Shown here in pieces: positions 29,821 through 41,700 of a stretch of 64,000 nt of DNA. Source of the stretch: Paragordius varius (Eukaryota > Animalia > Nematomorpha). Each line of letters begins with the position of its first letter. Position 1 is the stretch's first letter. The stretch covers positions 5,270,001 to 5,334,000 of the forward strand of contig OZ176052.1 of NCBI GenBank assembly GCA_964247055.1. The letters run 5' to 3'. Both the position numbers and the translations under genes were made by a program. Under the pieces are notes generated by a model. It did not search any database. It saw nothing but the letters and a program-made list of their open reading frames with translations, and had not been told where the DNA came from.

Positions 29821-32741
29821 TTATATTTATAAAATATATTAAATTAGGAGATGCCCAGATCTTCTCCACAAACTTTACCAATAATTGGCAAAACTTTTTA
29901 AATCCTTGGAATTATAAATGGTCTTTTCTTGCGACGCCTTCTAATCAGCAACAACCAAAAAGTACAAATAGACAAAACTATATCAAATACTTAACAAGGG
30001 GTTTTAATTTATGTTTATGCCTTATAATCTCAATAAAAACGTTGGTTTAAAAGTTTATTAGATTATGACAGATGTTTGTTTTTTTAATAATCTTTTATAT
30101 AATAAATTTAGTTAAAATAAATGCCAATCTGTCATTGCTATTATTTAATTTGAAAGTGTAGGTTTGGATTTATTTTAGAGTGTATGCTTGAACACATCAA
30201 GTTGGTCCTTGAATATTTCAAGTTAGCCCTTGAACACTTCAAGTTGGTATTTAATCATTTTGAGTCTCTTTTTAACCATAAATTTTGTATGTATTATTTG
30301 TTTTATTAATTTATAACCTAAATTTATTAATTTATTATATATTTATTCATATAAAAATAATACTTTTCATTTAAAAACAATATGATTGAATTAGAAATGT
30401 TTTCAACGAAAAATTGTAATTAACAACCCAAAAAACTTATATTTATATGTTAAGATCTTATATAAATTAATATAAAGATTAATAAATATGGTTCTCTGAA
30501 TGATCAAAAGTTGATAATGATTTAAAAGTTGGGTTAAATCAAGAGAATAGGTTAGATATAATAAAATATATTAATGATACACGGTTAAAGTCAAAATCAA
30601 TTTTAAAAGGTTAAAGGATCAACTTAAAATGTTCAACAACCAACTTGAAGATTTCAAGGACACTCTTGAAGTGCAAATGGTATATACAGAGTATAATTAA
30701 TCTTTGAATTCTAATTTTTATACAAGATGCTGATTTATTAAATATTACTATAGGATCAAACGGAATCTTTAGGGAATTCGGAGTCAACGTTGATCCATGC
30801 ACCGATTTTCATGCATACGCATGCGGTAATTGGGAAAAAATGAATGCACAATTTGTCAATTCAACTCACAGCAAATATGATGGGTACGAAGCTTTAACAA
30901 GGCAAAACGTGGATAAATTAGTTAATTATCTCGGTAAGAGAAAATTGTTTTATGCAAATTAATTATATGGGGTTATATCAAAAAATTCGTCATATGCAGC
31001 AAGCACCGTGTAAAACAATACTTAACATCACTTAATCAATTTTTACAATATTTTATATCAATAGGCTTAATTAATTCGGACTTAAACTAATACTTAATTG
31101 ATGATAAAACTAATTTTAAGAAATCGTATCAAAAAAGCAAACACCTTTCTAAAAGTTTGATTGTCAATATTGCAATTAGATGTGGTATCTAATATATATA
31201 AAAAACATATTTTAATGACGGAACTTAGTGTATATAGTGGTAAATAAAAAAACCTTTTTTATTGTTATTGAGTTATGGCAATTATGTTGCGACGAAATGC
31301 ATTGATTTAGCAAACTGTTTGTTTTTATAAATAAAATATTTAAAAAGATTGCTATAAAGAGTTTAATCAACAGGTGCTCAAGTCAATTTGTAGCTTTTAT
31401 TTAACCAGCGCACAATGTACACTTCACAAACTAAAACGATCAAAAATTTTAGACACCCATCTAATCCCCTAAAAACAAATAAGCAAGGAACAATGGTCAA
31501 AAATTACAAAGCTTTTCTCTCCCTATATTTATAAACGTTCCTCTTGAAGCCGTATAATTCTTTTGATACGAATTGTATTACTAACCTAAGGATTTAACAT
31601 GCACCTGCCTGCTATATAAATGATAAGATTTAGTTTTCCCATCACGGTGTGGCTTGGATAATATACAAATTAAACGTCGCTTTAAAACTTGCTGTTAAAT
31701 TATTCTATCATAGGGTTTTACTCAATATATTTATTTATTGATTTTTAGGTACATTAGATGAAAACGCAACTCAACCAAGATATTTGAGAGATGCACTTAT
31801 TTATTATAAACGTTGTATGATGTATAAGAATCCAATCACATCAAACAACACTAAATTCCATATTGCCAAAGATTCTGTTTACGGATTATGTTACAAACCT
31901 TTGATCCGGAAGAGATTTGATAATTTTACGCAATGCCTCAACACTATTTTTGACAGATATGTTTTGTATCGTACTACCAATGATACGGAACTGGCAAAGA
32001 ATATATCTAAAATTAATCCAAAAATAATCAAAACTTTAGATAATCTGATATGGTCATCCCTTTTCAGTGTAACTAAAAGTGTGGATGCTGGCCTACCTGC
32101 CCTTCTGATTCAACCCGGCGAAACAATATTACAAGATGTTGCTTATGATAATTCTACTCTGTACGTAGCTTATAGGGCTTATGTTAGAGAAGCTTTGGTG
32201 GAACTGGCAAATATTTCAGAGTCCAATATAGATTATATATTATCGTTTGAAAAAGATTTTTTAACAAAAGTAATATACGTTCAAATATCACATTTTTAAA
32301 TGAAAATCAATTGGTGCTTATAAATATTTTTTCATTAAAAAGGGGAAAATAATTGAAACACGAGTAGGATATTTGGTGAAAAAGCCATTTTGCCAAAATA
32401 TTACTAACATCACAGCATTTTCGACATTGGCTTGTTTAGATGAGTTGTACCCAATGGTAATATTCAATAAATAACTAAAATTTTAAATCTGTCAAATTGT
32501 AAAAAACAACATTTAAATTATAATTGATTTAGGTTAATTGGACCAAACAAATAACTGCACTTTTATCAGAATCTGGTCAATCAGTTAAACCCGAGCTTAA
32601 ATTTATATTGCCACAAGCTTACCTTAGCTTTCTAGAAAAAAACCTGGATAATTTAATAAATGTACATACACTAAGGTAAATTATTCTTACAAATCTCTAT
32701 AACTCTCATCTTTTTATATAAAGATCAATTGTGTAAATTAA

Positions 32742-32777
<36 letters not shown>

Positions 32778-35700
32778 ATAGAATGTTTGCTGATTATCAA
32801 ATGCTAAAGCGTATGACAGGGATACCTTTCTTTTTATCACAAGGAGTACTGTCATTGCGATACAATGTAACACAATATCTACCAAACTCAAATTATGTTA
32901 GGGGTCCAAAATTTTGCATAGATTCAGCCAATTTTTTCATCCCACGAAGTTTGGAGGTCTTATACATCCAAAGTCTGAACAATTCAAATGAGTTGATAGC
33001 AAAGGTTCATATTAAATAGAAATAAAATATTGCCGATGAAATATGATATATGTATCTAAGCATCACGTTATAAAATAAATTTTTAGGAGTACAGAAACGA
33101 AGCAATTAAAATGAAGTAGAAATTGATATCTAATTTTTCTCAATATTAAATTACTTTTATTTTCGCAGAAAATATTCAAATTATTAATTACTTTTATGTA
33201 TATTTGGATCTATTAAATATTTGAGATGTTGTCGGAAAAGAAACCTTTCAAATCCAAAATATTGGTAGCTATAAAACGAAAAAATGGAACCATAGCAACC
33301 GAATCAAAAATATTTTTGGTGGTCAAAACTGTTTTTTTGTCATAAAATTTTGTAAAGCCAGAACTGGAAATAAATTTAAAAAATCAAACGGCAATCCCTG
33401 TTAAACCAGGAAAAAATTTAACTTTTTCTGTCATTCAAAATCAATAATCGCCACTTTTAGCGCCCCTTAATATAAAAATATACCATTTACACTTCAAAGT
33501 CATCCTTAAACGATTCAATTACACCCTTGAACAATTTACATTCCTCCCTGAACATTTCGAATTCACCCTAAAAATAAATTATGTGTTTTTGGGCTATAAC
33601 TCATAATTAATATGAAATATTATGGCATAGTTTGTTAATTTTTCCGCTTTATGTTAATCTTAAACGAAATTTCATTTAATACTATAATAATATGGGTAAT
33701 TTTTAATATTCAAAACATAAAAATTTTAAATGTTCAAGGGTGAAATTAAAAGTGAAGGGTGAATTTGAATTGTTCAAGGTGAATTTGAGAGGTAAATGGT
33801 ATATCTATTCGTAATTCGCGTCAGCTAAATTTTATTTATTTTCCTATGAATCATAATAACGATATCCTATAAAAAAACATTTAAACCATCAGAAAACCGT
33901 ATTTTTTAGAAAAAGGGTATTTTTAGTCTTCTATCTTTAATTGGAAACTTAAGCAATTTATACAAAAGGATTTGCACCATGATTTAATTTTATAAGATTT
34001 AAGCCTTAAATGTTTTTTAATCAGTTATCACAAAAATATACCTTGGTTCCATGTAAATAATCACAGATATTTAGTATTCTAATTTTATTGTTACAGTAAC
34101 ATATAAAATCTACTATTTTTTTAGATGACACCCATTAACAGAGCGCTAATTGAAGCCTCCAAAAGTATTATTAATGAGTCAGTATGGTTAGATAATATGA
34201 CAAAAGCAACAGTTTTAAAAAAGGTAATTTTATATTAATAATTATTTGGTTAAATATACAGTTTTAATTAACTTATATATATATATATATAATGTATATA
34301 TTAAGCTCGACGACATCAAATTCAATTTCGCTACAAACTTTTATTTAAACCATACTGAAAATGAATTGATTTATGAAAGATTGCATGGGAATTCCAGCAT
34401 AATGCCAATGGGTTCTAAGAATTTTATCAAAACATTTTTTGTCATGTATAAAAATCTTCAAAAACTCAGTCAAAATTATTATGAGCCAACCCAATTACCG
34501 TATTTTACTTTTTTTAATAATATTTAATTTGATTTTTTTTACAAATTACTATTATTAGTGTTAGCCAAAAAGTAATTTCAAATATAATAAAAAGTTGTAG
34601 TAGGCAGATTTAATTGCCATAAATTGGTCAGTGTTTAAAACAAGTCATTATTATTGATATTAATAATGTTGAAACTACAGTCCTTTCAAAATACAGTGAA
34701 AATTTAAATTATAGAAACGTATATGTATAAGGACAAATTTTTTTCAAAAGGATTACGACACTTTTAAACCTCAGTTTTCCGGATATAGTTTATATAATTA
34801 CAATATAAAATTATGTAATTTGGAAATTTACATCTTAACTCCCTTACGTAACCCAAAACGATGAGTTAGAAACACCTAGATTTAAAATATATGATCGTCT
34901 TTTATTTGTTTCATTGTCTTTATGTTTAATCTATAATTTCATTATTTATGGATGTGGAGAACTTAATGCAGAACGTTATATATTTTACTATTGTCTGGCC
35001 AATAATTAGGGTTCTCTATTAGTGTTAATAAAATTGTTATTATTCTAGTCTTAAAATTTTATTTTGTATACAACACCTGACAGTATTTAATCGTCATTTT
35101 GGGTAACTTATAAGCCCAAAATAAGTAAAAGTGTATGACACGTATACTTTATTATAATGTTTTTAACATTATCAGATAATCTGGATAATATCTGATGTGG
35201 GTTAAAACTTCATTGGTTTCCAACTATATATTTAATTTAAATACCAAATAAATATGTTTTTGTAAACTACCAATTTGTAATTGCAAACAAATTGCACTAA
35301 TAAAATAACACTCCTAATTATATTTGTACATGGCCCTATAGATAAAATTTTAAAATGCACAGTATTTACAAAAATATTCTGATGGACTAATGTATCAAGA
35401 TTATCTAGGTGCTTTTAGTTTTGGCTTTTACAAGTGATATAATTAGAAAATGACAAAATTTTTTAATCATTTTTTAACCCAAATTTTTTGGGTTAAAGCT
35501 AAATGCTCCCTTCATCCCACAAAATATCACTGAATTATATTATAACTACATATAAAAAATAAAACAAAATTCAAAAATCATATTTTAGATTTGGGCTAAG
35601 AATCAAATGTGTCACCCTTATAATAGGAGCTAGTTCCCTCAAAATAAAAACAAAAATGCCGAGTCTGGCGATAAAATTGTTAAATATATGCTAAATTTTG

Positions 35701-38700
35701 ATATCCAAAAACTTCTTGCTAAATATGGATATATTGCTTGAAAAATTAATTTTTAGCAAAATTATGTTGAATACTTCAACAAGTTTTTGGAAACGGGATA
35801 AAAAAGCTTTAAATTATAAAAGCACTTTTTCTATATAATTTAATGATGCTGTACATTTCAATCCCATCAAATAATAATTTTAAGGTTCGTTTACTTAAGC
35901 TATATTTTGTAATAAAAACAATTCAATTTATTATGAATTTAAAGATGAAGAAATATCTCGGTCAATGTTTGAGGAGATAGAAATGTTAGACATCATCAAT
36001 TTATATAGAAAAAGATATTTATAAAAGCGTTTAAATATTGTATCCACCGATTTCATCTGAGCTTTTTTAAAAAAATAAATTTTGAACAAAGTATGAATAT
36101 TATTCAAAAATATTTTTTTGACGCAAAGTGCATCGCGAAATTTGGCATTTTTGCTTTAAATTTTAACAAGTAAGCAAGTAAAGGTTGTTGCCTCAGAAGA
36201 TAGTAGGCCACCTGCCATCAAGGCATCCCCTACCCACCCGTAACGAATGGAGCTTCAGAGCGGGGCATCGGAGGTTGGGTTTGATGTTAGTATCTACATA
36301 CATAAATAAATGCCTTTATGTAAAATGTTTTAATGTATGTTAGTATGGTTAATAAACCAGATATATATATATATATATATATAACCCGGGATAAATAACC
36401 GTTGACCTGCTTTGATCTAAATCTCAACTCCGGCCAAAAGAGATGCCGAAGATTAGTAACCATCCATGTTCAATATCAGCGGCTCCAACATTGCTTCCCA
36501 GTATGTCACACGTGAATGGCAAGTAGTCTCGTTACAGTCGAGTCTTGGATGGTTTGAGTTTACAATGTGGCATTTAAGTCCTGGCATTCGTATAGAGATT
36601 AATTCACAATATGTGTGTGTATTGCTACAGTCGAGGTCGACTTTTTGCAAAATTGTAAATAAAACTTATCCATAAATTGCGGTTTTAGTTTTAATGTTGA
36701 GTTCTGCCAAGGTTGCGTAGGTTTCTTGTTGAAATAAAAGTTTATATACCTTAATCCAGTAGATATTGGAATAAGTATTGAAAATACACTGACTCTGCAA
36801 TCAATCTATCTGTCAGAGGAAAAATCCGGCTTACATAAAATGCCGAAGGTTGGTAATCAGCCCCGCTCAATTATCAGCGACTCCGATGTCAAGTCGTAAA
36901 ATGATTGGCAGGTAGACTTGTCAGAGGGGGGTCTACACTTAGCTTAAAAGCGCATTAGAAATTGCCCATGGCATGCATGAGAGCAATACAAAACATAAAC
37001 CTTAGTATACGTGGTTACCGTTAATAAGTTTAAATAGAAAGGGTATAAATTATATTTATCAACAAATACTCATTTCCAAAAATTAAGATTAAGTAAAAAA
37101 TTTAGTATAACTTATCCAGATATAAAGAATTAACATTCAAAATAACTTAACTCCAACAAAGTCATTCACTCGTTAGATACACCTTTCATCTTGAACCTTT
37201 TGCAAATAGGAATGGGAATTTGAGGTGCGATAAAGAGTCTTCATTCTTGTATAAGTCCCTTCAAGCGCGAAAGCATTTCAGCGATTAAATAAGGTAGAGA
37301 TTTTGGGTGGTGTATCTTCAGTATCACTATAGTCAGGTGTGACACTTACAATTAAACCAAACTTTAGGCTTTAAATTTAAAACTAGCTCTTTTAGATGGC
37401 GAAAAAAATTGGTTCGGAGCATACATCTAAAGATTAAATTTTTTAAAAAAATTTTGCTCTCTATTTATAGATTATGATATATATTAAAATTTTTGGTATG
37501 AACATTCAGTTTGACCAAAAAATCTTTTATCAAACAAAACTGTGCTTAAATTTTGCCATTAAATGATAATAAGTCTCTTATATCACTCGTAAGGGCCAAA
37601 ACCAACCATATGAGTATCCTAACATTATATCAGATAAAATTTATTAGTTAAAAAATATAGCGTTTGATATTCCAAAATGCTGTTTATTTAAAGCCAAACG
37701 TGTTTTTTGGAACTAGGGTGTTAACAAGCATATATTATAGTATTATCATAAATTGTAAATAAAAAAAATTTAATTTATTTTTTTATATAGACCATTCACC
37801 AGTACACAATTCGAAGCCAATGCATATTACCGTTACAAAGAGAATGATATTGGTATAATTTACTAAAAAATTAACCTTTATCTTTCAGGTATTAATTTGG
37901 GGGTATTTGGAAAACCCTTTTTTACTGAGAATTTGAATGATTCCGATGCCGGGTAATTATTTTACTTTACTCTTAACTCCAATTTTTAAAGTTAACTTTT
38001 AAACAATACAAATTATATGCGAAATTTGCATAAAGGGGTCATAAGCTAAATATAATAAAATTTCATTTTGATATATATTTAGCCCCTAATCTGTAAATTT
38101 TATGGATATGCTTAATTTTAAGCATTTAATACTTAGGATAAAAATATAAAAGTATACAAAACTCCTATATTGAAAAAAAACATTAATTAAGCTTTCTGAT
38201 TACTATAATTTCATTCCATTTGTGTCATTTTTGACTATGTTGTTTTATGTTTAGTATCATCAATTTTGGCGCATTGGGAAGTGTAATTGCCCATGAAATT
38301 TTTCATGGATTGGACCTTAGTGGTATATAGTATTATTTTATAAGGGAATTTTTAAACTTTTGTCTTTTTACATGGCTTATTTTTGGACATTTATTAATTG
38401 TGTGAAAAGCAACATTTATCATAACTATTTAAATATTTATATGATAAATTTATTGTGTTTAAGTTTATGAAAATTATATTACAGCTAAATTTATTGTTTG
38501 TCAAATAAGTTGTATATATTTATCAAAAAATTTGACAATTTTTAAGCTATTTTTTTAACAAGATATTATAAATTGGTATACTTTATATTAATACATGTAG
38601 GGTTTCCACTTGATTCCAACGGTAACTCTGCGAATTACAGTCTACCTATATATGATACATACTTGGAAAAAATACAGTGTTTTTACCGACAATATGAAAA

Positions 38701-41700
38701 CTTTATTGATCATAATATACGGGTAAGCTCGAAAGCACTATCCATATATTGTTTATAAAAATTGTTTTGTATTTTTTTATTTTATTTAGCAAAATGGTAT
38801 GAATACAGCTAAAGAAAATTTACCCGATATATATGGATTTAAAGCTGCATATAAAGTATTGTTCTAACCATTTGTTAATGTATATTTAGGCCTGGTTAGT
38901 CTCTGAAAATCGGACAAAAACAAAATTGGAAAAACAAAAATTTTTGTTAGCCTTTACCCAAGTAACTAAGATTTTACTAGTTATAATAGAAGTAAAATAT
39001 AAATCAATAGCTGAATTGTAACTTGTTTATCAGTTTTCAAGAGAAATGTTCAAAAATTATATATTTTAATGTTTTTTCTTATTTATAACAAATTATAATT
39101 ATATTCTAAATTTTTATGATTCAGCCTTATTGTAGCGTCAAAACTTACGAAAAGAAAGTAATGGATAAAGATGGAGATCCTCATTCAGCCCCTAAATTTA
39201 GGTAACATATATTTCACAAAATAATTAAGTAGCCAATCTAATTCAAATTTAACATTTCAATTCGATTTGGGGTATCTAAATGCCCCAGACAATAATTAAT
39301 TTGATATTTTTCAAACACTACTGAGAGAAACGGTTCCAATTTAAACTTATGCTTCTGTCCTAATAAAAGTTATATAAATAAACAACTTCTAAACAAAATT
39401 ACTTTTTAAAAAAATAATCCCATATTAAACTACTTAGCCATTTTACTACATTTATGCAAAATATCTTAACTCTAAGCTTAAAATTAAGGTTAATTTTTTG
39501 ATAATCACAATTAACATTGATAGAAACACAAATAGTGGTTTAATATTATTTTTTTATATTTAGCTAAATGCACACATGTCATGTTGATTAAATTTTTTCC
39601 TTTAGTTTTTATCTTAACACTTGGATACAACACATTCATTTCAGTCCTACGTATAAATTGTGGTAGTTGGATAGCCCAGGCCTGTGTAAAATTAAATAAT
39701 TCAAAAAATATAGAATGAATTGAAACCATGGCAAAATTCACATTTAAAACATTAATGAACCGAAATAAAAAAAATTTATTCAAAAATACTTGATATTACT
39801 TATTTTAACACAAACTCAAAAGTAAAAGTTTAGTTAACTTGACATGTGAACATTAGCAAAACTTAAAAATAAAACACTTTTTCTATTTCTGTCAATGTTA
39901 GAAGTGATTTTAATTCAAATTAGCTATTATTTTAGCTTTAAAATCAAATATACACGATATTTTGCAAAAATGTTGAAAATAAAATGGCGTCGAACCGGTT
40001 TGATGTGGAACTTTTTTTCAAAACCAAATTTTAATTAGATATTTCGGCTTGTTTATATAGTTTTGATTAGGATAGAAGTGGGAATTCAAATTTGGACCGT
40101 TTCTTACAGTAGTTTTTTAAAATTAACTTTAAAATCTCGGGTATTTAGATACCCCAATTTGAATCGAAGTGTTAAAATAAGTGATATAAGGTATTTTTGA
40201 ATGTTTTTATTATATTTCGGTCGATTAATGTTATGTAAGTACAATTGCCTTATATCTACTTATTCCATTTGACAAGCCTGGGGTATCTAACTGCCCCAAT
40301 TTGAATCGAAGGACTGAAATTTGTTTTAGCCAAGTGTTAAATAAAAAACATATTGGAAGGGATGATAAAAAAGAGATAATAAAACTTGATCAAAAAGAAC
40401 TTTATAATTTTTACCAAAATTAAAATATAAGTTAGATTCTTTTTATTTATTAAAAGGGTCATAGAATCCATTTTGTCAAACACTAAAGCATACCCATAAT
40501 AATATACCATTTGCACCTCAAGAGTGTCCTTGAACACTTCAAGTTAGTCCTTGAACAATTCAAGACCTTGAACAGTTCAAGTTGGTCCTTGAACAATTCT
40601 AGTTGGTCCTTGAACACTTCAAGTTGGTCCTTAAAATTTATAAATTTTGATTTAACCATGCATTTATTTTTTTATTTTTTTATTTATTATATATTTATTC
40701 ATTTAAAAATAAATTTTTTTAAAAAAACCTTTTTGTTTTAAACTATTTTTTTTCAATTGAACAAAATTATTGACTTTTAAATGTTTTAAATGAAAAATTA
40801 TATATTTTTTCATTTCGTGTTAAAATCTTATAAATATCCAAAATTATTTTAAGAAATTAATAAAGATCTACCGTTTCTCAAAGATTAAAAGTTGATATCG
40901 ATTTAAAATTTATGTTAAATAATAGAAAATAGGTTAAAAACAATAAAATAGATGAATTATTTCGATTTGATTGATAAAAGTTAAAAACAAAACAAAGAAG
41001 TCAAAGGACCAACTTGAAATGTTCAAGTACCAACTTGAAATGTTCAAGGACCAACTTGAACTGTTCAAGGACCAACTTGAATCGTTCAAGGACCAACTTG
41101 AAATGTTCAATGACCAACTTGAAATGTTCAAGGACCAACTTGAAGTGTTCAAGGACACTCTTGAAGTACAAATGGTATATTATCAAATTTAGATTACGGG
41201 ATAAAAAAATTTAATTAGATTATACATTTTTTTTGAATCGGAGCACATATTAAAAACGCGTCTCATTGTTTGTTATATATGTGAATATAATGGATGTTTA
41301 TTAGATAAAATCGTCACATAATAATTATTTTAATGTAACATTGGTGTTAAATAAAGGTCTATATTAGGGAGTGGAATTAAAAAATTCTGGTGGTATTAAT
41401 AAAGTAATTTTATAAAACCAAAGATAAAATCATTTTGGAGAGTAATACGATATTCATTGAAGAATTTCGTTTTTTATAGTATAATCTGCCTCATAAATTT
41501 AAAAATTTGAGCTATTGTTTAGCAATATTTTAACATCCATAGAAATCGGATTAAATATGGATAAAGAGAAAGAGATTTTTAAATATCCTGATCAAATATT
41601 CCGACAAAAAACTGTCTTTTGGATCACCAGTCATCTAAGAATATTATATCCATTTTGTAATTAATATGCTAATGTAATTCATATGCTTACAATCTTTTTG

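Noticed and set aside
40511-41214. Heptad-repeat ORFs (KDQLEMF, LEHFKLV, SSWSLN) and CRISPR-like appearance of the 21-bp repeats (also 11234-11805)
   Set aside because: The repeats are contiguous with no unique spacers, there are no cas genes, the context is eukaryotic, and the ORFs arise from 7-codon periodicity within MITE ends.
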